The notes beneath the pieces are model-generated. The model was given only the letters and a program-made list of their open reading frames with translations. It searched no databases and was not told where the DNA came from. Made by a program: the position numbers and the translations under genes. A stretch of DNA of 62,743 bases, filler included, from Hydrolagus affinis (Eukaryota): assembly GCA_012026655.1 (NCBI GenBank). It is 4 parts of 4 records of this genome, joined end to end, with 100 filler letters (N's around TTAATTAATTAA, not from the genome) between each part and the next. Parts side by side here need not be neighbours in the genome. Positions count along the whole stretch, not along the records: positions 23,057 to 38,479 come from JAAILG010017985.1; 3 more parts are not named here. One strand, 5' to 3'. Below are positions 23,057 through 37,892 of the stretch, one piece after another (position 1 is the first letter of the stretch; each line of letters starts with the position of its first letter).

Positions 23057-24836
23057 GAGGCCAAGGGACATTCCGGAGGTTGGGGGCAAAATGGCTGATG
23101 TGGGCTTTATGTTAAATTTAAAGGCGTGATAGCAATCGTTGGCAGAGAAATCGGGAGGCATTTATTTCAAGCAAATGGTAGATTAATTCTGGAACCCTCT
23201 TCCCAAAATGCGGTGGATGCGGGATCCATTTCATTTTCCAAATTGAGCGGAATCGATATATGTTAAGGCATGGTAGAATATGAGGCAAAGAAATGTAGTT
23301 TAATTTGAGGTACAGTTCAGCCCCGGTGTAACAACATTAACAAAATTGTATTTGTATTGCGCCTTTCATGTCAGGAGGACATCCCGAGACGCTCGATAGT
23401 CATAATGAACTGGGGACATGTGGTGGTGGTGGGTGGGGTGTGGGGGAGGGGGAAGTTGTATTGCGATTGGTCCATTAAAGAGGAGAGCGTTGAGTCGAGA
23501 CTTGACGTAGGACAGGAAGGGGGCGAGGCAGAGGGACTGCAGAATGGAAGTTGGGGAGGCAGTGTGACTGAAGCCTTGCCCTTCCGCCAGCGGTTGGGCA
23601 GGTGGGTCGGGATACGTGGAGCAGGCGAGAGGCTGCTGATCGGAGGGGCAGGCATGTAGGTAAGAGGTTACAAGTTCACTGATTTAGGGTGGGGCGAGGC
23701 TGTGGAGGGCTTTAACTGTGAGGACCAGGGTCTTGAATTGGATCCTCTGGATGATGGGAAGCCAATGGAGTCAGTCGAGGATGTGGGGAGATGAGGTCAC
23801 GGAGTTTTCAATGGTCCGCTGAATCTCTGAACCGTCTGCGGGGTGTTGAGAGGCCTTCTCCTGTTTCCATTAAGCCCATTTCGTGCTGCACAGTGTTCTA
23901 CAGTGATAATCAGTGACGGAGCTTGTTCCAGAACTTTCTGGTGACAGGAGGAATTGTCGTACAGAACGATTTTCAGCGCGAATGTGAGGAGAGGTAATTG
24001 AGTGGGGGGGTGGTGGGGTGTCGCGAGGCAAGAGGGATGAATTTAGTAGGAAATTTGCAACGCTTTGGTCCCAGTTTTATTCACAGTGAGAAAAAACATG
24101 CATCGCTTCCAGAATGGTTGTAGCTAATGATGTAACATGAGCATAATCCAGAAGCATTTCACTCTTTTGTCTTCTGTCCAAAATATGAGATTCGGAATAT
24201 TCTGCGAACGAGGCATGGATTACTGACTAACTCAATTCACGTTGCCAACGTATAACTGGTTCAAGTAACGCCAGGATTCAAAGTCCTCACTAAACACACG
24301 ATGCTACCATTCGGCGATGCAGGAAAGAGAGAACACAAATTGTAGTAGTGATGTAAAATAGAATGATGCGAATAGTTTGTTTATTTCGCTATTATTGTAT
24401 AATAAATAGTTTGCTTGGAGAATAAATTGCCTTTGGAACTCCTCCCAATGGGAAAGATTTTTTATACATGTAAACTCATGGATGCGATTTTGTAACATGA
24501 CCAATGTAAACTCAATGTTCAGTCAAATAATATAAACAGGTACTGGGAATAGTCAAATAATTAACTTAAATTGGTGGGTGTGGTGGGTGGATTATTGGTG
24601 GGGGAGTGGTGGGGGTGGGTGGGTGGATGGCGCAAGTGTGAGCACGAATACGCCAAGAGATTGTGGATTAAATTCGCGTCCAGTTTTCTAGTAAAGCTGG
24701 GAAAACACGAGGAACAAGCAGCGAACGAGAGGAAGGTACATCCTTCCACGGGAGGAGAAACGACGAGAGAATTCAAGACAGTCCTGAAACAAGTTGCTTT
24801 CAAAAGTCTCCATTGTAAACCTGCTGTAACTGCAAA

Positions 24837-24855
24837 CCACCACCAGGTGGCGAAG
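24837..24855 (+). promoter_or_regulatory. CTCF-like motif
   Basis: CCACCAGGTGGCG matches the CTCF core. Further + copies at 29824-29837 and 33898-33911. Confidence 0.6.
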
Positions 24856-26481
24856 TAAACACACGTATAACATCAGCTGCAACTGATATAACTGTTATGT
24901 TCTTTTCTGTAACTAACGTCATTGGCAGCTCTCACAGGTGTTCTCCGTTACAGTTGACATTGCTTCCCTCACATACCCTATTGCTGCTTGATCCGAGTGG
25001 CACAAATCTTCATCAATAAACTAATTACCACAAGGCTTTTGTTCATCAAAATGCAATCTGCACTAGATGTATTTCATTGCCTTTCACTCACAAATATTAT
25101 TGTGGAACTCATTGTTTGTAGAACTCGCCTTACAAGTGTGAGAGCTGTGTTCTCCCCTCATTTCCTATTCCATCCCTCTTCTCTCTTACCCCATTTCCTC
25201 CCTGATCTTGCCACACACCCAACTTTTGCTACCTCTTTCCCTTACTCCCTTTTTCTCTCCCCTCTTCCTCCCCGAGCTTTCCCCTCACCAGCTTTCCTTC
25301 TCTCTCCCTCATTTCCCTCTTTACCCCCTTTCTCCCTCTGGCCCTGCTTCTGCGACTGTTTGTGGGACAATGCAGTGCGTAATTTGTTGCCGCGTTTCAC
25401 CCACAAGCATACCGTCGGCTTTCCTACTCTCGTTCCCCCTATCCCACTACCCCGACACCTCCTCTTGCCATATTTCCGCCCCTTTTCCCTTTGTCCCAAC
25501 TATATGACTGTTTATGGGACACTGCTTTGCGCAATATGGTTGATGCGTTTCGTCCACTACTATAGTCAAATTTCCTACTCTTCTTCATCCTACTCCTACT
25601 CCTCTCTCCCTACTCTTGTCCATATCTAACTGCATAGCGCCTTGCGGCTTCCTCTTGACGAGAAAGGCGGTGTAGAAATGTAAGTTTTCATTGATTCATT
25701 GATTGACAGATTCCAGGTAGGTGAGGCCGAAAGCTTGGGAAAATTTATTTACTCCAGATGGCTAGTAGTAATCCCACCAAAGATAATGCAGTAATAAAGT
25801 TATACATTTCAATCCCCGACTGTTTGTGTGGGACGCTGTTGCGCGCAATTGGCTGCCGCGTTTCGCCCAGAAGTATACACTCAATTCACATAAAAGTGCA
25901 TTATGTGAAGCGCTTTTTGTGCTTTCGACAAGTAGTGAGAAGCGCTATGTCAAACGCAAGGATTATATTTGTTATTACCACAATGTTTCCATCAAACTAA
26001 TTAATTACACTACCTTGGGTCTCGCTTGTGATACGATTATTTTAACCATGGATCTATAGGACTTCACAATTTGGTAAATAAATCAACTAAAACTTACATT
26101 TATATAGCCCTTCAGGTCAAGAGGACGTCCCAAGGCGACGTACAGTTGGGTAGAGACAAGAACACTGCCGGAGGGGTCGCGGAAGGATGAAGGAGAGTAG
26201 AAAAATTATACTTCAATTAAAGCAGTAAACTGGCAGCATTGCATCAGAACAACAAGAAGAAATTTCATTGTTATTTCTACGTCACAAGGCGTTGGAGCAT
26301 CATCTGACTAGTTAGGTTTCACAAATCCGTAGGTGGGGATTGAAACTATAGTCATCTGACACAGAGGCGTATCCATCAGTGCTGTGGTCCGCACTGCTCC
26401 TCACTCTGCTTTGCGTCACAATTCAGGCCTTAATCTCTTATCTCAAAAAGCTCCCATCGAATGACTTGCTCGCTTGGAAAC

Positions 26482-26915
26482 ATGGAGAGTAAACACATTG
26501 CTTTGATCATTTTAATGTTATTGGCCCTTTTATGTAAGTAATTTACTCTCGTTCTGAAAACTGGTTGTAGATGTATCTCTGGTGTGTACGTTACAGTGAA
26601 TAACTTGTTCTCTCTGGCAACAGCGACAGCGAATGCAGATAAAGTTGAACCATCACAGAGGGAAGTGTCTGTCACTGAAGGCCAGACTGTGACTCTGAGA
26701 TGGACCTACGAATGTTTACATGTACTGGTACCGTCAGTGTCCAGAGCAGCCTCCTCTGTACACACTGAGGCATGATCATGATGGGGACACTTTGAGAGCT
26801 GAATATGCTGAAGGTCTTTTCAACAGTTGATTGGACACGAGCAGCAAGACATCCACTGTAACTGTGCTGGCTGCGGCTCTATCTGATTCACCACATACTA
26901 TTGTTAGATCACTCG
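26482..26915 (+). pseudogene. TRAV/TRDV pseudogene, Cys23>Trp family, copy 1
   Basis: Leader 26482-26533. V exon from 26624 has a CDR1 deletion/frameshift and a second 1-bp loss near DSATYYC. RSS CACAGTG-23-ACATAAACC at 26916-26954. Confidence 0.88.
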
Positions 26916-27765
26916 CACAGTGTTACCTTCAGGCTACACCTCCGTACATAAACCTACAAAGAGGAGTTAATGGGTTTAATCACAGCACAGAATTCATTCC
27001 TGTCAATTGACCTATTTGACTTTACTGCTGTTTCTCTCAGAGGAATCACGTTATTAATTCCCAACCACATGCAATAAAACAGGGGCCACAGCAATTCACA
27101 TGGCGTCATGTAGGGAATTATTTAAACACACTATAAAAAAGGAAATAATTATTAATATAACGATGATCTTTCAGGAAAGAATTAATTAACGAATCAACAC
27201 TGGAGATACATGAAGATCTTCGAATGGATGAAAAATGTAATTTTACAACTGTTAGAAAGCTAAATAAAAGTGCTAACCTCCATTGAGCTACAAAGTGGAG
27301 GAAGTGTTTGAATTAATACAAAACATTAATTGGAGTGAAATTAAAAACGCTTTATCCATTTATGTGTAGGTAAACTCATCCGATGTTCACGACCATCATT
27401 TATTGGAATAGAATAATATGAATAATACTTGCATTTGATTATAAAGGCAAGATACCGCTTCTCACATTATATCGACGTCACAAAGCGCTTCACAGAATAT
27501 ATACTGTTAAACGAATTGACTGCATATTTGTAAGGTTTCATTGTAAGGGTACCAGGAGCTGAGTGGGAGGATTCCCTGCTTACCACCGCCCACCACTCCA
27601 CCCACCCCCGCCACACTAACACAGATCGTAATGGTGTATTGCACAATGTAAAAGCAATTGATATGTGAATGACGTGGGACTGTGAGATCTGCCAGTGACG
27701 CATATTGCTGTTGGTTCACAGCAAACTGATGTCACAGACACAACAGCGAAGGCTGAGGAGCCGCA

Positions 27766-28553
27766 ATGAGGCTGTTTGCAGTCTGTCTAGTGCTGGGAAC
27801 CTTTACGGCAGGTGAGGTCGTGTTGAGCTAATTCAGTGTCGCTGCTGATTGTCAGCTCCAGTTCAACAACAATTGTTGGAGGGAAACCTGCAGCTGAGTG
27901 GACAGAGGAATCAGTCCACAATTGAGATGATCTAATCGTTTCTAGAAGAAGAAGAGGGGAGTTGAGGAAACGTTTTTTCATTCATCCCGCTGTTGGGATC
28001 TGGAATGCATTCCCTGAAACGGTGGGGTAGGCCGATGAAAAAATATATTTTAAAAGAGATGTAGAATTTTATTTGTTTAGGGCAGTATGCACACTTACGG
28101 GAGAGAGAGCTGGCGAGTGGGATTGAATTTCTCTGTTCAAAGAGCCGGCACAGACTCGATTGGCCGAATTGCCTATTTTATTGTCATAAGATTCTATTAT
28201 TTTATGAATGTTTAGTCGTGCTTTCCCTCGTTTATTGCAGAACTCTGTGACGCCGATTCTGTCAGTCAGAAAGCTGCCACGACAGTTCAGAAAGAAGGAG
28301 ATACCGTCGATTTGGTTTGCACATACTCCACTACTGCAAAAACTTACTATCTCTTCTGGTACAGACATTACCCAGACAAACACCCAGAGTTTATAGTCCA
28401 GAGTAAATCTTGGACTAATGATCCAGTCAAAGGTACAGGATTTGGAAACCGTTTCTCTGCTCAGCTACAGAAATCTAATTCTTCCACCAGTTTATCCATC
28501 TCTGAACTGCTGGAATCTGACAGCGCAGTGTACTACTGTGCCTTTAGTCTCTC
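27766..28553 (+). CDS. TRAV/TRDV segment (ELC..CAFSL family), open ORF
   Basis: Leader 27766-27811. V exon 28241-28553 open. RSS is variant: CACTGCG-23-ACAGAAACT at 28554-28592. Confidence 0.88.
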
Positions 28554-31371
28554 CACTGCGGTTGACAACACTGCATGCCTCGTACAGAAACTGCCTTCAT
28601 TTTGCATATAGGGAAGATCCGTCTGTTTGAAACATGTGCGGAATCTTGGTCAGGCCTTGAGGCCCTGCGGGGAGCAGACATTTCAGAAGCCAGACTCAGA
28701 GGAAACCACATTCCCCTCTCATCAGCTTGTCAGCTAAACTCTCACGTCATTTTACGTTACAATCTGATGATATTGATTGTCACTGTGGCTGCATCTAACA
28801 CAGCCACGTGTTACCATGCAATCACACAAACCATGTTACAATCAGACTGCTGTCAGCCTGCCCCACTTTACATTAACCTAATAATAGGAAGGAAATGGTT
28901 TAATCTCAGCACAGATGCCCAGACTGACGGTTGACCTATTTGTCAATCTGTTGACTCTGCCGCTGAGTCTCAGAGGAAACTCGTGACTGATTTCCAACCA
29001 CAAGCAGAAGAACTGGTAGAGTGGTTCATGTCGAGAAAGAGTGGAATTAATAATAATAGTATTTCTTTTATTTGACACAGAACCTTATCGCGGCGGCGAG
29101 ACGCCTCAATGTACTACACTCAATGTACTATAAAGTGAATTCGCTGTGAACTTGACTGAAAAATACACTCATTTGCACTTCACCTGATATCTTCTAAAGT
29201 GCACAAAGACGCAACACTTTCTCAATAATGTTGCATATTTGGCAGCAGATCAGCGTTTGTGCCGTACAGAAACCCAAATACTGATGCCTTTGTCTCAGTG
29301 GTTAGTGATTGCCGTGCAAGTGAGAGCACCTTGGTTCAGTCGTGGTAGAGCAAAACATTCTTTCGTTGACACACACGCCGCTGTTCTAAAACCAAGCAAC
29401 TCACTTGGTAGTCGCGTGGCAGTTTACTGGGACAATACACGCTTCAAAACTAATAGTGCTTATTTAAAATTATTACTACACAAACGTTGAATGGTTCACT
29501 CAAACCAGTGGAACTCTGAAGTGCCGAAGTCAATTCATTGTTAATACATTCTTCTGAAAGCGATTCCAGGCCACTTGAAATAAAACTTGAGAAATTGAAC
29601 GATTTGAAATACGGGATTATTAATGTTATTAAATAAAACATTGTTACTCTCATGTAAATAACCTCAAAGGTCGTACTTCCCGGTAGTCCCGTAATAAGCA
29701 CATGTGTTTAAATAAGACGAAAATATTTTTTTTTCTAAAAAAACAAAAAGTTGATTTATCAACAGGAATGTTGAATTTGAACAGCAGTGACAGCAAATAT
29801 AGAATTGTTGTAGCTATAGTCCACCAGCAGATGGAGCAGAAATGATACGCTCACAACAACTGACATAATTTGCCAACGTTGCTTTCTGTAACTGACTTCT
29901 TTGGCAGCTTTAAAAGCCGCTTCCTGTTACAAGTAACAACAACAATAACTTCGATTTCCAAAGTGCCCTCCACGCTGGGGGCGCTATCAAACGCGCCCTC
30001 AGAGCACCTTGGAATAACGGATCCCGGGCCCGAGCCAAGGCAGGGGGAGAAAGTTGATCGAATGCGCGGTCGAAAAGAATGGTCTTTAGCTGAGACATGA
30101 AACTGGGAAGAGAGTGGGGCGAATCATTGCTATTTCCACAGCTTCGGGTCGTATTGACTGAAGGCTCGGCCGACGATGGTGCAGCGGAGAAGTCGAGGGA
30201 CAAGGAGGAGACCAGAAAAGGAGGATTGAAGGCAACTGGAAGAGAGAGAAGTTCGTGCTGGGAAACAATCAGAAACTGCAACACAAAGGAACTGTGTCCA
30301 TTTGGTTTCTAATAATGTATTTGCAAATTGCAGCAGCGCCTGCCTATTGGAAAGGAGACAACGACAGAAAGTGTGAATTACATTGACGTATGATCCAACA
30401 GTCAAACAAAAACCTCGATGATCCCATGGGGGCAGCGAAGCTCAACCACTCACGCAACAGTAGCGGGGAGAAAAGGAATTGACTCGCAAATGAGAGTTCT
30501 GGGTTCGATTTCCACGGGAGTGAAATACTAGGCAAGTTTCCATACTCTACGGAAATATGTTTACCTGTCGATTGGTGGAAAGGCTTTTCCGTATGAAGTA
30601 ATTCCTTCAAAAAACAATGATAATGGTCATTTGTTGGCCATCGGTCAATCCACGATCGTTCACCGTACACTGCTGTGCATAATTGGTCTTGTGATTCGCT
30701 CGCAAAATATTGAGTAAACAACAACAAAAGTACATTCACAAAGCGCCTTTCACATCGAGCGGACGTCCCCGGGCCTGAGGAGGAGGGGAGCTGAGGAGAG
30801 TTTTTTTTTCTCTCAGCAGGTTGTTCGAATCTGGAATGCATTGCCCAAAAAGGTGGGGGAGGCAGGTTCCATAACTGCTTTTCTAAGGGAACTAGATGAT
30901 TAATTAGCAAGACCAGGTCTTTTAGGTTATGGGGAGAGAGCTGGGCAGTCGGATTGAGTTGCTCTGTTCAAATAGACGGCACAGACTAGATGGGCCGAAT
31001 GGTCTCCTTTTGTGCCGTATAATTGTATGAATCTATGATTCTGTGAACTCTATTTAACTGACTCTGTTGCACTTTGAGGTATATCGACGACGAAAAAGGT
31101 GCTATCAGAAATGGAAAGATTGTTATGGTGTTAATAAAATGACCAGCCTGCACATTAGGGATTTGTTTGTGTTGCTTTCTGGATCAGAGTGGAACGTTTC
31201 GCTCGTCCAGCGATTGGCGCTGTATCAATCCAATTGATTGTTGTTTCTTTTAACGTTACTGTGACGTCAATCAGGTGACGTGAGAATATGTGCTCTGCCA
31301 GTGACGACAAGCATTGTGGGATATCAGCCATCTGAGGCCGTAGACATAACCACAGAGGCTGGAGACCAACA

Positions 31372-32700
31372 ATGGGTCTATTGACTGTCCGTCTAATGCT
31401 GGCAAACCTTATTTAAGGTGAGGTCGTGTTAGGTTGAGATACTGTTGCTATTGATTGCCACCTGCACATTATCAGTTGCCGGAGGCCTTTAGCCAATTGA
31501 TAACTATCCTTGACTCACACGCGATAGAAACTGAGTTTAATTTCTGGGCAGGTGGTAACATTTGGCAAGTTTACCTGCGGTAATTAGGACTACACTTCCT
31601 TCATCTGCCGGACTAAAACAGAAATAATAATATATTATCCACTCAAACCCTTTTCAGTGGATTTGTAGGTAAGTTACAAATTGTAGGTAAGTTTGGGGAG
31701 GACAGCACTCACTGAAACAAAAAGTTTCCATAATAATACAAGGAAAAATATACTAAAAGTAGCCGAGTGATTAGGGATCTTGAGTTACAAGAGTGAGACT
31801 TGTGTTCGAATCCATGTCTTTCAAGGCGAAACATTAGGCAAGTGACTGTACTCCATAAGCCAATCAATATTCCGTCCCCCAAAAAATCACACAAGAATAA
31901 AATTTGGTCATTTCAATCACGAATGTTTGCGGGTACACTGTTTGTGCGCAAACTCATGCTGCGTTTCGCTCAATAATGTACGTTCAATTCACATTGCAGT
32001 ATATTCTTCGAAGCGCTTTGAGAGGTCTAAAGGACGTGGAAAGCGCGGTATCAAATATCAAATGCAAGGGTTATTGTTCTTATTTACACTGCTACTCAAT
32101 CACGGTTGTGTGTGAAGCACTGCTGGGCATGTTTGGTTGTGATGTATCGCCCACAATAATACTTTGTATTTAGTTTGATAGCAGTTTCTGTGCAGCAAAT
32201 TCGGAAAGAAACAACAAATTAATCACGTTCACTCTATAATTCAAGAACTAGTATCATTGTGTTATTATCAAATGACTTATTCATCATATCGTTAAAGTCG
32301 AGATAATTTCCCAAGCTCAGAAAAAAAAATTAATTGAGGCAAATAGTGGATAATGTATGGACCTACTCTTCTTTTTTTATTACAGAACTCTGGGCTGGCG
32401 ACAATATCAGTGACAAAGCTGCCGCGGTGGTTCAGAAAGAAGGAGAAACTGCAACTGTAGATTTTACGTATCCAAATACTGGAGCCAAATACTATCTTTA
32501 CTGGTACCGATATTACTCACACAGCCAGACAGAGTTAATATTTCGGAGATACTCTATTGGCAATGATAATCCAGTCAAAGGCACAGGGTTTGGCAATCGA
32601 TTCTCTGCTGAGATACACAAATCCAATACTTCCACCAGTTTAACCAACTCTGAACTGCAAGTGTCTGACAGCGCTGCGTACTACTGTGCTACACTCTCAC
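31372..32700 (+). pseudogene. TRAV/TRDV pseudogene (ELW family)
   Basis: Leader 31372-31417 has in-frame TAA at 31414-31416. V exon 32386-32700 lacks the first Cys (TVDFTY). RSS CACAGTG-22-ACAAAAACT at 32701-32738. Confidence 0.85.
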
Positions 32701-34574
32701 CACAGTGATAGACTGCACGGCAGCCTCGTACAAAAACTGCCTTGCCCTGTGTCTGTTACAGTGTGTGCTATGCATTCTTTCGATGAATTTGTAGCTTAAC
32801 ACTGTAGTCTGAAGCAAAAACAAAAGTCAGCAGAAGCAGAGAACTGCATTCAAGACAAGACAAGCCTTTGGTCACTTGCTCAAGAGATGAACTGTGGAAA
32901 CAAGAACTTCAGTGGGTTACATCATTCACTCGTCTCACAAAAGAGAGACAAGCGTTTGATTCCTGGGCTAGACACGGCAAAACCTTAGGCAGGTTTTCTT
33001 ACTACACACACCGATATATAACTAGCTGTAAGTAGGATCAGGGTTGATGATCGACTGGTGCATCTCTTTACTCTGAGTAATAATTCTTTCAAAATAACGA
33101 TTTCCCCACAAAAAATGGTCACTGAATCGAAGACTGACTCTGGAATTCCCTTCCTCATTCCTTCCGCCTAAATGCTTCACTATACTACGATACTACTAAT
33201 AATAATCCTTGCAACGATATAGCTTTCTTCACGACTTCTAAGCGCCTGAAACTGCTTTACAGCATGCAAAGTAAAGTGACTTGATGGTATATTTTGTGGG
33301 TGAATCGCGGCAGCCGTTTTCACAAAGCAAAGCTGGCACAAATCATCGCGCATTGAAATTAGTAATTTATTATTGTTTTATTCGAGGGATTATTAGTATT
33401 GAGTGTGTCGAGTAAGGAAACTACACAAACCTTTCACCCTGTCTAGAAGTGAAGTCAATTTTCTTGCTTCAATGGCGTGTGCTCTATGGAATGAGCTATA
33501 ATAAGACACCATAAAGTAATAATAAGTGATTGCCGCAAAATAATAATAAATTGGTCACTCCGAGAATGAGGACACTGATGACCTACGTTTTCTGCTGTGT
33601 TTCGCCCACACAATATGAAGTTAATTCATTTATACTCTATTTTTCAAAATCTCTTCAAAGCGACTGGAAGTAGCGATACAGCAAATTCTCAAACCCAACG
33701 ATTATTATTAAATATAGTACCTATGCTGTCACACAAAAAACCTCACCGACTATGATTTCTGGGGAATGCTGCCACACGCATCTGTCTATCAATTTTGTTT
33801 TATAAAGTAGTGCATATCGCAGTGGAAATTTAGGACGGTGAAAAACATGTTTGCTTTCAAATGTCTCCAATAGTACAGTTGTTGCAGCTGTAATCCACCA
33901 GCAGATGGCGCAATAGAGACAGATATCACTTGAGCTGCATCTAAGATAACTTATCACGTTCCATTCTGAAACAGTGGAGCTCCTGTATCGCAGTGGTTCA
34001 GAGCACTCAACTTACAAGGGTGAGACATGTGTTCGAATCCAGGCAGATCAGAGCCAAATCTTGAGTAAGTTTGCCTACTCCACACACACGCATAATCATA
34101 ATCCTTTAAAAAAGCACAAAAATAAAAATTGGATTATTATTAATATATTAATCATATTAAGGTTAGGATTAGAGTTATATACTATTGATATAAAAATGGA
34201 TTATAATTATTGATATTATTAGCAAAATGTTCCACCAAAAAAAGTAATTAAAGTGCTCTACTTTGGGTCTCGCTTGTGATCTGATTATTCTAACCACAGA
34301 GCTATAGGATTTCAAAATGCAATAAACTACCAGCGTTGCGTTAGAGCAACAAGAAGCAATTTAGATTTGTAGATATACGTCCCAAGGGGTTCGATCGTCA
34401 CCTCATCAAACAGAGATCACAAATCCGGTGGTGGGGTTTGAAACTACTGTCATCTGATACAGAGGCGTATCTTTCGCTGCCGTATTGAACTTTGCTCACC
34501 ACTTTGCTTCAAGACACAAATCAGTAACAACCATTCATCTCAACTGCTCCTATCGAATCAATTGATTCATCGCT

Positions 34575-35514
34575 TGGACACAAAACACATTGCTTTGATC
34601 ATTTCAATGTTATTGTTCCTTGTATGTAAGTAATCTTCTCTCGCTACTAAAACAAATTGTGGATGTATCTCTGGTGTTTGCGATCACATCACTCTCACTG
34701 TTGCCCGTCTCCACTGGCACCCCATCACCCAGAGGGTCAAATTCAAGATCTTCGTCCTCACTTTCAAGGCCATTCACAAGCATGCCCCCGCCTTTCACGC
34801 CGACCTGCTGGAACCCTACGAACCTACTCGTCCCCTCCATTCAGCCGGCTCTGGCCAGCTCCACGTCCCATGCTCGAATCGCCCTACAATCGGTGGACGG
34901 GCTTTCAGACTTTCTGCACACAATCTCTGGAACTTCAACCCGCAGTACCTTCGCCTAACTTCCTCCCGTTCCTACATCAAGAACTTCCGGTCTCAAGAAC
35001 TTCTTCGTCGAATGTGCTTTGTGCTCCCCTCCTTACTCTCCCCGCTCGCTTACTCTCATTCCCCCTACACTGAACCACCACACACCCTCCCTCCCGCTCG
35101 AGACCCGGCCTATCGGTTCAGCGCCTTGGGAAGTCCTACCGACGTGAAAGGCGTTCGATCAATGTAAAAAAAGTGTTTTTGTTGTAACATGTTATTCCTG
35201 GCTACAGCGACAGCGAATGGAGATGTTGCTGATCCATCACAGAGGGAAGTGTCTGTCACTGAAGGCCAGACTTTGACCCTGAGATGGACAAACTCTGCTG
35301 GTTTCACCAATGTTTTGATATACTGGTACCGTCAGTATCCAGGCCAGCCTCGTCTGTACACAATGAGACACGATTATGATGGGGCCACTTTCAGAGCTGA
35401 GTTTGCTGAAGATCTTTACACCATTAGTCTGGACATGAGCAGCAAGACATCCAGTGTAACTGTGCTCGCTGCGGCTCTATCTGATGCAGCCACATACTAT
35501 TGTGGCAACACTCA
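34575..35514 (+). pseudogene. TRAV/TRDV, Cys23>Trp family, copy 2 (open V exon, start codon lost)
   Basis: Leader homolog lacks the ATG seen at 26482, and an L2 fragment sits in the intron. V exon 35208-35514 is open. RSS CACGTTG-23-ACATAAATC at 35515-35553. Confidence 0.8.
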
Positions 35515-36613
35515 CACGTTGGTACCTTCAGGCTACGCCACCGTACATAAATCTACAAAGAGGAGTAAATGGTTTTAATCACAGCACAGATGTCATTCCT
35601 TTCAGTTGACCTATTTGACTTTTCTGCTGTGCCTCTCAGAGGAATCACATGATCAATTCCCAACCACATGCAATAAAACAAGGGCCACATGGCTTAATGT
35701 AGGGAATTATTTAAGCATACTATAACAAAGTACAGAATTATTAATATAACACTGCTCTTTCTGGAAATAAGTAATTTGCGAAACAACACTGGGGATAAAT
35801 GAAGGACTTAGAATGGATTACAAATGAAATTTTACAACTTTCAGAAGTTTAACAGGGTAGCTGAGGAGAAATGTATTCACGCAACGATTTGTTCCAATCT
35901 GGAGTGCATTGACTGAAAAGGTGGTGGAGGCTGATTCGATAACAACTTTTAAAAGGGAATTAGATCTTTATTTAGGGAGAACTGCTCTATTAGGCTATGG
36001 GGAGCGGGCAGGGCAGTGGACTGATTCGCTCTTTTCAAAGAACCGTCACAGACTAGTTGGGCCGTATGGCCTCTTTTTGTTCCGTAAAATTCTATGAATC
36101 TATGAATCTATTATATAAAAGTGCTAACCGCCATTGAGCTATAAGATGGAGGAAGTGTTTGAATTCGTAGAAAACATTACTTGGAGTGAAATTAAAAATG
36201 CTTTATCCATTTGTGTATATGTAAACTAATCCGATGTTCAAGACCATCATTTATTGGATTAGAATGATATGAATAATTCTTGCGTTTGATTATAAGGACA
36301 AAATAGCGATATTCACCGATTATCTACGACAAAACGCACTTCACGAAATATATACTGTTAAGTGAATTGACTGTATATTTGTAAGGTTTGATTGTAAGGT
36401 TACCAGGAGCTGAGTGGGAGGATTCCCTTCTCCCTACCTCCCACCCGCCCCCGCCACAATAACACAGACCGTAATGGTTTATTGCACAATGTAAAAGCAA
36501 TTGAGATGTCAATGAGGTGAGGTGGGACTGTGGGATCTGCCAATGACGTATATTGTTGTTGGTTCCCAGCAAACTGATGTCACAGACACAACAGCGAAGG
36601 CTGAGGAGCAGCA

Positions 36614-36874
36614 ATGAGGCTGTATGCTGTCTATCTGGTGCTGGGAACCTTTACGGCAGGTGAGGTCAGGTTGAGCTAATTCAGTGTCGCCTCTGATTGT
36701 CAGCTCCATTTCAACAACAATTGTTGGAGGGAGACCTGTAGCTGAGTGGACAGAGGATTAACTTCGCAAGTGAGAGGACACACGTTAGATTTTCGGGTGG
36801 GACAGCGCAGTGTATTACTGTGCCTTAAGTCTCTGCACTGTGGTTGACTACACTGCAGGGCTCGAACAAAAACT
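36614..36874 (+). pseudogene. Internally deleted V (ELC family): leader plus last ~11 codons and RSS
   Basis: Leader 36614-36659. Only DSAVYYCALSL (36801-36835) remains. RSS CACTGTG-23-ACAAAAACT at 36836-36874. Confidence 0.85.
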
Positions 36875-37860
36875 GCCTTCATATAGTACATGGGGAACGA
36901 CCCGTCTGTTTGAAACGTGTGCGGAATCTTGGTCAGGCTTTGAGGCCAAGCGGGGAGCAGAGAATTCAGCAGCCAGACTTAGAGGAAACCACATTCCTCT
37001 CCCATCAGCTTGTCAGCTAAACTCTCACATTATTATACGTTACAATCTGAAGTAATTGACTGTCACTGTGGCTGTATCTAACACAGCCACGTGTTACCAT
37101 GCGATCACACAAGCCATGTTACAATCAGACTGCTGTCAGCCTGCCCCACTTTACATTAACCTGCTAATAGGAGAAAAATGGTTTAATGTCAGCACAGATG
37201 CCTGGACTGACTGTTGCCCTATTTGACAATATGTTGACTCTGCCGCTGTGTCTCAGAGGAACCTCGTGACTGATTTCGAACCACAATCAAAAACAGTGCT
37301 ACAGTGGATTACGTAGGGAAAGAGTTGAATTAAAAATAATAAATTTTACAATTTATACATTTGGTAAATAATAATTTTAACATTTATTCTTACACACACT
37401 GTGTTGCCGTCAGACTATACCACTGAAATTAAATCTCCCAAGGCAGACAAATGGTTTAATCGCAGCACAGATGTCAGTACTGACTGTTGACCTAGTTGAC
37501 AATTACTGACTTTGCTGCTGCGTCTCTCAGAGGAAACACGTGACAATAGAATATCTCAACTGCAAACCAAAGTGGTGGACACATTCATGTACGGAAATAG
37601 GGAGAGTCATCAAAATAATAATAATCATCATTGCTTTTGACGTATCACATAATCTAGAGTCTTGAAGAGCTTCGCACAGATCTGTCCCACGGTGGACTCC
37701 TGTATCTCAGTGTTAGTAGCATTCGCATTGCAAACATGAGTCCTGTGTTCGAATCCAGGCAGTTTACGGTGAACGCTTGGGCAAATCTCCTTACTTGATT
37801 TCCTTATGCACACACACGTGCACGCAGACATATACACACACATAGACATGCACGCACACT

Positions 37861-37892
<32 letters not shown>

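Noticed and set aside
24988-25629. 213-aa ORF, the longest in the track
   Set aside because: Built from a pyrimidine-rich low-complexity tract plus SINE sequence; no domain-like features.
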